Shown piece after piece: positions 40,393-53,272 of a DNA stretch of 64,000 nucleotides. The translations under genes were made by a program, and so were the position numbers. Positions within the stretch are counted from its first letter, which is position 1. Each line of letters starts with the position of its first letter. Source of the stretch: Octopus vulgaris. Taxonomy: Eukaryota. The notes beneath the pieces are model-generated. The model was not told where the DNA came from, searched no databases, and saw nothing but the letters and a program-made list of their open reading frames with translations. Location of the stretch: contig OX597835.1 of NCBI GenBank assembly GCA_951406725.2, forward strand, positions 13,144,001 to 13,208,000, given 5' to 3'.

Positions 40393-42794
40393 TTTTTCAC
40401 TCTTTTAGTTGTTTCAGTCATTTGACTGCAGCCATGCTGGAGCACTGCCTTAAATGGTGTTTGTTGAAGCAATCGACCCCAGGATTTATTCTTTGTAAGC
40501 CTAGTACTTATTCTATCAGTTTCTTTTGCTGAACCACTAAGTTTTGGGGATGTAAACACACTAGCATTATTTATAAAGCAATGGAAGGTGGACAAACATA
40601 GACACAAAGACACACACAGATAAATACATACATACATACTATATATATATATTTATTTATTTATTTATATACACGCCAGGCTTCTTTCAGTTTCCATCTA
40701 CCAAATCTACTCACAAGGCTTTGGTTAGTCTGAGGCTATAGTAGAAGACACTTACCCAAGGTGCCACACAGTGGGATTGAACCCAGAACCACGTGGTTGG
40801 GAAACAAGCTAACTACCACACAGTCACACCTATATATACATATATGTAAAAAACAACAGGCTTCTTTCAGTTTCCATCTAGCAAATCCACTCACAAAGCT
40901 TTGGTGAGCCCAGGGCCATTTAAGACCAAGGGTTGCACAGTGGGACTGAAACCAAAACCACATGTTTGAGAAGGAAGCTTCTCAACCTACTGACTTTCTG
41001 CCTGGATTATTACTTAATCCAACACAGATTCTCAAATCGCCGATTCCCCAGATTCTGGCAACCTCTTCCTTATTACATTTTAATAACTAAATAACGAGAC
41101 TCAATGTTTTTGTATTCAAATCTTGTCGTTCTTGTGTTTACCAACACTAAATTAGCTTCATGTCTATTGATGTCTAGTTATTGCAAGACTTACTCAATTA
41201 ACAGTTGATTAGCTGTCTGGATTTAAAAAAAAAATTAGCATTGATATTGTATTAGCATCATTAACCGGGTGTTACTACACACCGCCACCCTTTCACAACC
41301 TTCAAATTTTTCGTTTTCATTTTATCAAAAGGTCTTTCTGCTGAAGTCATTAAAATTCTCATCTGCACATAGCTAACAAATGAATTTATTTCATTTTGGT
41401 GGAGTATTATAGACTCAGTTAATTAATCAATTATAATTGCTCTAATAATGGGCCACAACAGTAAAAAAAAACAAAGGGGGAATCTTGTACGTGGTCATTC
41501 TCATTTGGTCTGTTAGAAATAGCAGTCAAGTTTCTTTTAAATTATACCCTACTGCCTTCAGAAAAGGAAAGACATATTGGATTATAGAACCTAAGGCCTG
41601 AGAAGAAAATGAAGCATAGACGGTAGATGCAGACATGGCCATGTGGTAAGAAATCTGCTTTCAAATCACACGGTTCTGGGTTCAGTCCCACTGTGAGGCA
41701 TCTTGTGCAAATATTTCTACCATAGACCCAGGCCGAGCAAAGCTTTGTGAGTGGATTTGGTAGACAGAAACTGAAAGAAATCAATCATATATATACATAT
41801 GTACATAAGTCAAAAAGAAATTGATGGAATGAGTACAAGGCTTCAAAAAAAAGTTCTGGAGTTAATCTTTTTGACAAAAGCCTTCAAGTTGGTGCTCCAG
41901 TATGGCCACATTCTTTCTTTAATTACAGGTCTGCTTGATCAAGACTGACCTAGGGTTAAACAACAGCAGCTACAAGAACAACATCAGCAATAATTGTTAG
42001 TGAGATTTTGTTTGAGAAATATTTCTTGAATTGGAATAAATTCTCTTTTGCCTCTTCTTTTTCCTTTTTTTTCTTCTTTTTTTTTTTGAGGGAATATATT
42101 TTTATTAATTAATTAACATAATGGCTTCATAAAAAAGATATTTCATTGAATATTTCAGATTTAATTGATACTAAAAATAAAAAAAAAATAAATAATTGAA
42201 AATTAAAAATTCTTCAAATCTCTGTATAACTATTGTCGTTTTTTTTTTTTTGGTTTTTTTTGTAAAGAACCACCACATTCCTGCAAGTTTAACTTAACAT
42301 TTTTTTTTTTTTTTTTAATTATTTTGGTTTTATAGAAAATGTGATTGTTTAAAATGAATTTTAGATAATTCATTATAAATTAATTTTTTTCAATCAGGCA
42401 ATCTAATTTATATTCTGTCTTTCTATTGTGTTTTCATGTGAAGTTTTGTAAAGATTAATAGTGCTACCTAATTCATCCAGCTAATCAAATTAGATGAAGA
42501 AAATTTATATTCAGTTCAGCTTCAGCAGTATTCGTGGTGTTCCTTTAGGATTGATGCCATTTCAATTCGAAACCTATTATAGATTCTTTGAAGAAATGCT
42601 ATTTTGATACGTAGGTATGGTCGGAAAAGTTTGATTCGTGACAACATAGTTTCATGTTCAGATCAGATCTTTTGAGCTGCATCATGGGTGTCTTCTGCTA
42701 TAGTTCTGGACTGACCAATAAACTGTCAGAGAATTTGGTAAACAGAAATAGTTAGAAACTTGTCATATATATATGTTATATTTTTTTTTTTTTT

Positions 42795-43188
42795 TTTACT
42801 TGTTTCAGTCATTTGGCTGCGGCCATGCTGGTGCACCGCCTTTAGTCAAGCAAATCGACCCCGGGACTTATTCTTTGTAAGCCCAGTACTTATTCTATCG
42901 GTCTCTTTTTGCCGAACCGCTAAGTGACGGGGACGTAAACACACCAGCATCGGTTGTCAAGCAGTGCTAGGGGGACAAACACAGACACACAAACACACAT
43001 ACATATATATATATATACATATATACGACAGGCTTCTTTCAGTTTCCGTCTACCAAATCCACTCAAAAGGCATTGGTCGGCCCGGGGCTATAGCAGAAGA
43101 CACTTGCCCAAGATGCCACGCAGTGGGACTGAACCCAGAACCATGTGGTTGGTTAGCAAGCTACTTACCACACAGCCACTCCTGCGCC
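42795..43188 (-). mobile_element. SINE family A, full length
   Basis: Complete reverse-complement match to the 53826-54230 type. Confidence 0.85.
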
Positions 43189-43229
43189 TATATATACTTT
43201 ATTTAAAAGCAGCAGAAATTCAACAAAAC

Positions 43230-43267
43230 CTGTTACTTGGAGTTTCACGTTCCCGTTCATCGGACAG
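43230..43267 (-). ncRNA. Minimal type I hammerhead ribozyme motif
   Basis: Minus strand: CTGT-CCGATGA-ACG(GGAA)CGT-GAA-ACT(CCA)AGT-A-ACAG; three stems, GNRA loop 2, GUA cleavage triplet. Confidence 0.72.
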
Positions 43268-43293
43268 TTTTTGTTAAAAAAAAATATAAAAAA

Positions 43294-43340
<47 letters not shown>

Positions 43341-43534
43341 TACATACATATATATTCTCTTTTACTCTCTTTTATTTGTTTTGGTTATTTGACTGTGGCC
43401 ATGCTGGAGCACCGCCTTTTTAGTCAAACAAATCGACCCCAGGACTTATTCTTTGTAAGCCTGGTACTTATTCTGTCTGTCTCTTTTGCTGAACTGCTAA
43501 GTTACATGGTTGTCAAGCGATGGTGGGAGGACAA

Positions 43535-43565
<31 letters not shown>

Positions 43566-43751
43566 CATAACTCGAATTATTATGAATTGTACAGCCATGA
43601 AACAATCGTAGTGTTTTACTCTTTATCTTTTATTAAACTTTTAATACTTTCGAAATATATTTAAAATAATATAAATTAATTAATTTTATGTATTGGCTTA
43701 TGTTTTTCGTTGTTTCATTTGCCTAATAGTGGTTTTATCTCGAATTTAAAT

Positions 43752-43812
<61 letters not shown>

Positions 43813-44352
43813 TACATATATATACACGATGGGCTTCTTTCAATTTCTGTCTCCAAATCTGCTGACAAGGCTTTGATCAGCCCGAAACTATAGTAGAAGA
43901 CACTTGCCCAAGGTGCCATGCAGTGGGCCTGAACCCGGAACCATGTGGTTGAGAAGCGACCTACTTACCACACAGCCACTCCTGCACCTATTATATATTC
44001 CTTTATTTGTTTTAGTCGTTCTTCAAGGCCGTGCCCCAGCATGGCCACAGTCCAATAATTGAAACAAGTAAAAGTACATACGTACACAAATGCATGCAGA
44101 CAGACAGACAGACTTGTACAAAACTGGTTTTCTGGAACTTTTTCTGGTTGACCGATTTTTTATGAACCAGGGGGTCATCACCTGGTTAAGAGACTCTAAA
44201 CTGAACAAATATTAAATTTACTTAACGCATTAAATTGAATACAGGTCTCGGGTATGTTGGTGTAAACATACTGGTACATAGTGTAGCTAGTGTGAATCAT
44301 GAGAGGCTCCAGACAGTCAGTGTCTGGTCAGTTGGTGCTGGACATAACTGTG

Positions 44353-44410
<58 letters not shown>

Positions 44411-45007
44411 GTTTAACATCTTCTTTTCCATGCTGGCATGGGTCAGATGAAATCTGTTGAGGCAGATTTTCTTGAGCTGGATGCTCTTCCTTTCATCAAC
44501 CCTCATTTGCTTCCAAGCAAAGTGATATTTCCCCCATCATCATCATACATGTCTCTATGGGAGACTGGAAGCAATCTCACTTGCATGACAATAGGCTTCT
44601 TTCCGATTCCCTCTTCCAAATCCACTTACAAGGCTTTGGTCAGCATGGGGCTATAGTAGAGAACACTAGCCCAGGGTGCCACTCATTGGAATTGAACCCA
44701 AGACCACATGGTCTAGAAGCAAGCTTCTTGACCACACAGCCACATCCGTGCCTCTCAATGTTCACATATTTCACGCTTGAGCAAAGCACTTTTGATATTG
44801 TCAGTCCTTGTTGATATATCTGATGACCGATTGGTCTGTGCTTTCAGGGACCTGTGGAAATAAACATAACTCTTACTTGAAAACAAGATAAAGGTTGGCA
44901 ACAGGAAGAGCATCAAGCAGTAGAATACTGCTTCAGACAACTTGACATCCAAGCCCCTGCTAGCATGGAAGAAACCCATGCCTCCTGTCCCCATCCCAAA
45001 AAGAAAT

Positions 45008-45245
45008 CATCATCATCATCATCGTTTAGCATCCGCTTTCCATGCTGGAATGGGTTGGACAGTGCAACTGGGGTCTGGGAAGCCAGAAGGCTCCACCAGG
45101 CCCAGTCTGATCTGGCAATGTTTCTACGGCTGGATGCCCTTCCTAACGCCAACCACTCCATGAGTGTAGTGGGTGCTTCTTGCCTGCCAGACAAGGCTGG
45201 CAAACGGCCACAATCGGATGGTGCTTTTTACGTGCCACCAGCACG
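45008..45245 (-). mobile_element. Family C (RTE-tail) copy
   Basis: (CAT)n then GGATGCCCTTCCTAACGCCAACC, GGTGCTTTTTACGTGCCACC. Confidence 0.7.
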
Positions 45246-46281
45246 GAATGTGCCCCTACCAAGTGTTGAATGAATATAAAGGACACAGAGATAGGAGAAC
45301 TTTAGAAACACTCTTTTATGTGATGTTGTGGACTTCATCTGTTTCCTGGCTTAACGCCTCCTCCTAGTCTGCAGGTATCTTTCACAAAGACCTCTCTGTT
45401 GCAAGCCAGGATTCTCTTCTGAGGATAACTTCCTTCCATCAGTTTTGGAGACTAGAAAATGTCATTGTTCGGTTCAGCCAGAAAAGCAACAACAGAATAA
45501 GTTTGTATTGTTTCCATTTAGTTCTATGAAATAAATTACCAAACCATTCTACATTCTATATACATTGAAAATACATTAGTACTGTTGGCAGAACAGTTTG
45601 GTCAGCCGAAATAAAACAAAATGCGATAATGACATGCGATATATCATCTCAGATAAGTAAATAACCTTTCAGTGTTTTAAAAAAAAATACCCTTCTAACC
45701 GAGCACATGATTGCCATATTGAATCTATGCTTTGCGTGTTAAGAATGGATATTCGAAAAAGCAATCACGTTAACCAACTGTGTATCCATACAGAGGAAGA
45801 GTGTAGCCAATCGGAATACAATTATTAGCTTTAATTTTTATTCTGATGATAACATAACGGCGAATCTTTTGATGGTTTATCTGATAAATGGTGAAGCCAA
45901 AGTAAGATGAGAGACTGTACACATTCTTTACATACATTGGCAGTGATTTATTTATCTGAAAAAAGCCATATCAAGTCGTATCTGTTATTTATTAGATCAA
46001 AATAATTGTTCATAGTGGTTTTGATGTATTATCATAGTACGTTCACCTTTCTATCGGAGCTGGATCTCACTTTGGAGATATTGAATATCCAGCGGAATCT
46101 GTCCAATTCCGATGCATGCAGACCCTTGCAGTAGATTGTAATTCATCGTATTGGCTCGGCTTTTAGTTGAGTTAGATTTATGGCTGGTCAGAGGTTGACA
46201 AGAACAATGACAACGGCATAGATCTTTTGCTTGTGTGGCTCTGTAAACATTGAATAACTCTCTACGATAAAAGTTTGATCC

Positions 46282-46315
<34 letters not shown>

Positions 46316-46529
46316 AAAATGAGAATGACAATGATGATGATGATAATCTTAGGTAATTAAGTGCAGCTGGAGTAAAAGAGGTGGATTTGATAAAGTGGGA
46401 AATCCATAATAAGGATTATAACAAGAACAATAATAAGAAGAAGAACATGAATAATGAAGATGATGAAGATGATGATGGTGATGGTGATGATGGTAGTGAT
46501 GGTCATGGTGATGATGATGATGATGATGA

Positions 46530-46710
46530 CAATGCCCTGTAGAGCTCCTACAGAAAGTTTGTCTCTTAGGGATAGCAAGGATGATCAGGAGGGTTCTAAG
46601 CACTTGAAAGGCTGCTGAAAATTTGTGGATGCCTAAGGTTACAAGTAGTAACCTGCTACCCACATAAATCCTACCAGAAATAAGACCAAAACCTGAGCCA
46701 AACGAAAATG
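46530..46710 (+). mobile_element. R4/Dong-like LINE extreme 3' end in (TGA)n
   Basis: CPVELLQKVCLLGIARMIRRVLST* resembles the terminus of 47279-47735; flanked by (TGA)n. Confidence 0.55.
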
Positions 46711-47004
46711 ATGATGATGATGATGATGATGATACTTGCTAATATAGCTACAAGGCCTGACATTTGAGGGACGGGCAGTGGTGGTGGTGGTGGTGGTGGT
46801 GGTGGAGATAGTCGATGACATCAACCCCAGTACTCAGCTGGTACTTATTTTAACTGTCCCAGAAGGATGAAAGGCAAAAGGTGACTTAGGCAGAATTTGA
46901 TCTCTGGATATGAAGACATGAAATGCCACTGAGCATTTTGTCCAGCGCACTAACAAGTCTGCCTGCTTACTGCCTTAATAATAGTAATAATAATAATAAT
47001 AATG

Positions 47005-47040
<36 letters not shown>

Positions 47041-47246
47041 CGTATTGAGAAGAGCATTGTCGATGTGAGAACTGTTGCTGCTCATGTATTTTAATTTAAC
47101 TTTAAAAAAAAAAATCAAAAAAAAATCAATGAACTACTGAGTTTGGTTTAATGGCCTACCAAAGTATACTATGAGTTTCTTTGCCCTAGGAGTCGGGAAG
47201 ACACTCGGCAAGAAATGGAAGCAAATTTGAAAGAAGAAAAAAAAAA

Positions 47247-47278
<32 letters not shown>

Positions 47279-47279
<1 letters not shown>

Positions 47280-47735
47280 GGTGCTTGGTACCAACATACA
47301 CTGGAAAAAGTAATGCATGAAAACGGGAAGGCAAAAATCCTCTGGTACTTTGACTTCCAGACAGACAGGGTATTAGAACGACCTTTTGGAGGGTCAAACA
47401 AATCTGCTTAATAATTGACGTGGCAGTGCCAGGAGATCAACATATCATCATGAAAGAAAGAGAAAAGGTTGATAAATATGGAGACCTGAGAATAGAGATC
47501 GCTAAGATTTGGCAGCTACGAGAGTCAAGCATAAAGGTTATCCCTATTGTCATCGGAGCATTGGATTCGATACCACACAATCTGAAAAAAGTGTTTGGAA
47601 ACCTTGAAAATACCCTACAATCTAGGTGTATTGCTAAAGTCGGCATTACTTGGAACTGCACACATATTGCGTAAAGTACTGTCTGTCTGAGGTCCTTGTT
47701 GTGGACTTGACAAACAGTATAAACCCCTGCTAGAC
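47279..47735 (+). mobile_element. R4/Dong-like non-LTR retrotransposon, restriction-like endonuclease fragment
   Basis: WYQHTLEKV...KILWYFDFQTDR, LIIDVAVPGD...KEREKVDKYGDL, VIPIVIGAL, KSALLGTAHILRKVL*; begins directly after (TAA)n. Confidence 0.8.
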
Positions 47736-47741
47736 ACAATA

Positions 47742-47969
47742 TCTGTTTCTTTATTACCCACAAGGGGCTAAACATACAGGGGACAAACAAGGACAGACAA
47801 ACGGATTAAATCGATTACATCGACCCCAGTGCATAACTAGGACTTAATTTATCGACCCCGAAAATATGAAAGGCAAAGTAGACCTTGGTGGAATTTGAAC
47901 TCACAATGTAACGGCAGATGAAATACGGCTACTGTCCGGCGTGCTAACAATTCTGCCAGCTCGCCACCT
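47742..47969 (-). mobile_element. SINE family B nested in the LINE 3' UTR
   Basis: Family B sequence flanked by a short TATCT duplication. Confidence 0.8.
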
Positions 47970-48089
47970 ATCTTCAATCAACAACCGAGGTCTACTTTGC
48001 CTTTCATCCTTTCGGGGTCGATAAATTAAGTCCTAGTTACGCACTGGGGTCGATGTAATCGATTTAATCCGTTTGTCTGCCTTGTGTCT

Positions 48090-48345
48090 AACACACGTGG
48101 ACATGCCTACAAAGTCAGAAAACAACACAGCTCCCATGACTTTCGGAAACATTTTTTCACGCTCAGAGTTGCTGAAGCATGGAATAAACTGCCTGCGTCA
48201 GTTGTTGACTGCCATGACACTGCATTCTTTAAGGCCCTCATGCTTTCCGAAATCCGCCGAAACTACACCTGATTATATATACACTTTAGATGAGTTGTAG
48301 TGCACCTGAGCACTGTACACAATGTTTATTATTATTATTATTATT
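48090..48345 (+). mobile_element. CR1/L2-like LINE 3' end
   Basis: TRGHAYKV...RKHFFTLRVAEAWNKLP motif followed by an (ATT)n tail. Confidence 0.8.
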
Positions 48346-48402
48346 ATAACCTCACAATATCTTCAATCAACAACCTCACGATATTGTATACTGTGTAACA
48401 TC

Positions 48403-48445
<43 letters not shown>

Positions 48446-48657
48446 GTTTCAAACTTTTTGGCACAAGGCCAGCAGTTTTCAGGAAAGGAATATGTTGATT
48501 ATATCGACCACAGTGCTTTCTTGGTGCTTATTTTATTGACCCTGGAAAGAGGAAAGGCAAGCCGACCATCATAGAATTTGAATTCAGATCTTAAAGGTGG
48601 ATGAAATGCCACAAAGCATTTTGCCTAGCATGCTGATAATTCTGTCAGTTTGCCACC

Positions 48658-48711
<54 letters not shown>

Positions 48712-48902
48712 TCGATGTGAGAACTATTACTACCCATGTATTTTAATTTAACTTTATTTCTATCAAAAAAAAAAAAATGAACGAACTAGTGAGTTTAGTT
48801 TAATGGCCTACCAATGTATACTATGAGTTTCTTTGCCCTAGGAGTCGGGAAGACACTCGGCAAGAAATGGAAGCAAATTTGAAAGAAGAAGAAAAACCCA
48901 TA

Positions 48903-48937
<35 letters not shown>

Positions 48938-49426
48938 TGATGATCCTTTCTACTGTATGCACGAGGTCAGAAATTTGAAGGAAGGGATTTAGCTGATTAC
49001 ATTGATCCCAGTGCATAACTGGTACTTATTTAATTGATGCTGAAAGGACGAAAGGCAAAGTTGACCTCGGTGGAATTTGAACTCAGAATGTAGCGTCAGG
49101 CGAAATACCGCCAAGCATTTCGCCTGGCATGCTAACAATTCTGCCAGCTCACCACCTTAATATTTAATAATAATAATAATAATAATAATGATAATAATGG
49201 TTTCAAATTTTGGCTCAAGGCCATTGAATAATATTGTGGACAACATCAATATTTATTATGGTCGAAAAGATTGTACCAATTGCAACATACTGTGAAGATA
49301 GCTGTTAGTGGAATGACATCTTTCCTTCATTACCTCCTGCCTTTCATGTGTATCAAGCTTAACAACAACAACAACATTGATTTTATTTTTATTTTTTATT
49401 TCAATTAATTTTTTTTCTTATTACTT

Positions 49427-49465
<39 letters not shown>

Positions 49466-50413
49466 TTTGTTCCATCTCGAGCCATGCCTGGCTCATAAGG
49501 GCTGGTTTTCCTGGTTTCCTTGGCGTATAGGTTCCACCAACCAATCAGATGCGCTCAAATGGATCACATATTCTCTCGGCGGAAAAAAACCTTCACATTG
49601 CTGTAGAGCCCAGCATTTTCCTTAAACAGATCGGTTTTTCTCCGCTTAAGGAGTCTAGCTTGCGTTTGCCAGCAAGAAGCTATGTGCTCGCTTTCTCCAC
49701 GTTACGACACAATGAAATTCATCACCGCTGACACTGTCAATATTGCCGCTACAAACTCTTACTGCATCTAACCCTGACAACAACGACAACATCATAATTC
49801 ATCCTCGTGCATATAAACTCACTAAGTGAATATGACTTTTAGCGGTCCCACAGAAACCTTCAATTACCTTATACAATGTTTAATATCATTTCACATTGAA
49901 TTATGCAGCAATCTTAGGTTCTCTTCAGAGAACATTTCTACTGTATGTATTACCAGTTCTTCTGGTATATTAGATTTTTGCTATTCTTCTTTATGTCTCC
50001 TCACAGACATGTATATTCTAACAAGTCGCTTCTTAAATTTCACACCTCTCTTGTTCAATAAACACGGAGTTAAACTTGCAAAGCTGTTATTTTCTCCTGT
50101 TGACTTTTAATGTTTATTTTAGCAGGTTATCAAACTATCATTTTTGGTTTCCCTGATAAAATTTCATTATTTTTTTTTTCTCCTAATTTCCCTTGTTCTA
50201 TTGTTTTGATTTGTAACTTGTATAGTCCATGTGTCCAGAGCCTGAAGATTACTAGGAGACACTAGGCGTATTTTAAAACCTGCTTAGATAATATCTTCAA
50301 TGTATAAATTGATTTGTAGCTCATAACCATACACTGTGTATATTAAACAATATTTATCTCCCACCACCAGATGGAGTACTTTTTCTTGTTGATCTTACCC
50401 TGATGGAAAAATA

Positions 50414-50447
<34 letters not shown>

Positions 50448-50454
50448 ATATATA

Positions 50455-50505
<51 letters not shown>

Positions 50506-50516
50506 ATATCTATCTA

Positions 50517-50550
<34 letters not shown>

Positions 50551-50558
50551 TTTATTGT

Positions 50559-51140
50559 GTGCAAGAGAGACGATTGCGCTGGTATGGTCATGTGGTGAGA
50601 ATGGATGAAGATAGGTGTGTGAAAAAGTGCCACACCCTGGCAGTTGAGGGGACCTGTGGAAGAGGTAGACCCAGGAAAACCTGGGTCGAGGTGGTGAAGC
50701 ACGACCTTCGAACTCTAGGTCTCACCAAGGAAATGACCAGAGACCGAGACCTATGGAAGTATGCTGTGCGTGAGAAGACCCGGCAAGACCAGTGAGAACA
50801 ATCAAAATCAAATCATATATCAGAAAGCAGGGGTTAAGTGACCCATCTGTTCGTGTCCGCTGTCAGCCTCGTCTGGCACCCGTGCCGGTGATACGTAAAA
50901 GCACCATTCGCTCATGGCCGTTTGCCAGCTGTTCCTGGCCCCGTGTCGTCCGTGTCCGCTGCCAGCCTCGGCTGGCCCCCGTGCCGGTGACACTCTGTTC
51001 GCTTCCGTTGCGGTGGTACGTAAAAGCACCATCCGTTCGCATCCGTTGCCAGCCTCGGCTATGCCGGTGACACGAAAGCATCTGGCACGTAAAAGCACCA
51101 TCCGTTCGTGTCCGTTGCCAGCATCGCCGCCCGATGACAC
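50559..51140 (+). mobile_element. RTE LINE 3' end with repeat-module 3' UTR
   Basis: ERRLRWYGHVVRMDEDRCVKK...GRGRPRKTW...DRDLW* followed by GTGCCGGT...CGTAAAAGCACC modules. Confidence 0.85.
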
Positions 51141-51453
51141 TATGCCGTTAGCTCTGTCTGCACCTGCGGTGGCACTATCTATCTATCTATCTATCTATCC
51201 AGCTTACAGACCCCAGTTATATATATATATGGAATATATATAATTTTATATATATAATTTTAAATTTTAAATTCTATTGGATTTTATTCATAAGGTATTG
51301 GAATCTTATATGTATACCATTCTGCCTAAAAAAATAGATTTACAAATGCAATATCCTTACATATCTCACATCTATTTTCTTATATTTCCTCCACCTCACT
51401 CTCTATTTTATATCTTATCTAAATTAACTGTTTCTTAACCATCCTCTCACACC

Positions 51454-51501
51454 GTCTCCGATGAAGGGATATAACAAATATCCTCGAAACAGCTGTAAGA
51501 C
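51454..51501 (+). ncRNA. Minimal type I hammerhead ribozyme (Penelope-like)
   Basis: GTCT-CCGATGA-AGGGATAT(AACAA)ATATCCTC-GAA-ACAGCTGT-A-AGAC: stem I GTCT/AGAC, 7-bp stem II, palindromic stem III, GUA triplet (predicted cut after 51497). Confidence 0.8.
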
Positions 51502-51905
51502 ATTTTATTTCTAGTAGAATTTCAAAGCTTCACTCCTCAGTTATTCTTATTTTATCCTGTTTAAACTAAAGAACCATTCAAAAAATTTCTTTTCGGCTCA
51601 TCCCCGTTCATATCCAACCGTGACCATCCCTGTTGACACTTACTTAAGTCATTATTACACATAAATAATAGGCTTAAACTATCACGTCGCTTTTCCAAAT
51701 TATACCCTTTTTTGTCTCCTAAGTCCACCTTGGGGTATTTTATCTTCTAATGAGTATCTTATTGTGGCCTTGTACAGCATGGTTGTTACTTCAATAAAGG
51801 TGATGACGGCTACACCTGTGGCAATGAAGATAGCTAATCCTACCATAGCTGTCATAGTCACTATCATCATCATCATCATTATCATCATCATCGTTGTTTT
51901 TGTTG

Positions 51906-51966
<61 letters not shown>

Positions 51967-52265
51967 GCTCATCGATTGTGTCTCTGTTCTAAGACAGAGA
52001 AATATGCATGTGTGCATTTCTTGGGTGTGTATTGTGCATGTGTGTGTGCATGTGTTGGTTGTGTGTGTGTGCATGCATATGAGTATATATGTGTGTATGT
52101 ATATCTATCTGTATATATGCATGTGTGTGTGTATTATATGTATGTGTGTATATATATATATATAAATGTATGTGTATATGTATATCTATATATATATGTA
52201 TGTGTGTGTATATATGTATGTGTATATATGTGTATGTGTATGTATAGATATGCAAATGTGTGCAT

Positions 52266-52333
<68 letters not shown>

Positions 52334-52481
52334 ATTAAGTGTATAGTAAAATCTCTCCATTTTACAGCTGCCAAGCAAAAATCTATAAACGCTGGACATT
52401 TTTGTAATACGACCTTTCCACGATAATTACAAGGGTGTTTCAAATTTAAAGTACTTCCAATATCCATCAAATCTGTCTTTG

Positions 52482-52529
<48 letters not shown>

Positions 52530-52785
52530 TCTCTCTCAGACTGGTTGCGTCTCTTTGACTCATTCCAATCTACACTTCTCCTCCTTCCTCCACCCTCCTG
52601 GTAATTGATTCCAGTTCGTGTTGGTTCCGTTCAAAATGGTTTTGCTGTCTAGATCGCTTGTTGCTGCAAAATATAGTCTTAAAATAATTTGCTATGAATG
52701 GCTACTTGTTGATGACCGACTCAACTCTAGAATCTACTTTTCTGAAACTTCCATTTCCTGTTATTACCATTTAGATGTATATAAA

Positions 52786-52831
<46 letters not shown>

Positions 52832-53036
52832 GACATACACATGCATACATATATAAATATGTGTGTATGCATATGTATATATGTACATAAATGTGTGTGT
52901 GAATATATATATGTTAACATGTCTGCAGGCATATATAAATATATATATTAATATATGAAGACATATATATATATAAAGACGTATATTTACACACACACAT
53001 ATATATACACTTTTGTAAACCTCCTTTTATGTATGC

Positions 53037-53069
<33 letters not shown>

Positions 53070-53224
53070 TATATATATGCATATATAGAGATATATATCA
53101 GTGTATATATATATATATATAAATGTATATATAGATATATAATGACATGTTCACTTTAGATATATATCGATATATACAGTACATTATATATACACACACA
53201 CATATATGTCGACATATGAGAATG

Positions 53225-53272
<48 letters not shown>

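Noticed and set aside
44820-44845. CTGATGA followed by a small stem (also 12735, 14172, 45843, 61154)
   Set aside because: No GAAA or stem III/UH at the right spacing, so these are not hammerheads.
52560-52665. LPGGWRKEE peptide resembling the start of an MBD or WW domain (minus strand)
   Set aside because: A stop follows within a few codons and the remaining domain motifs are absent.
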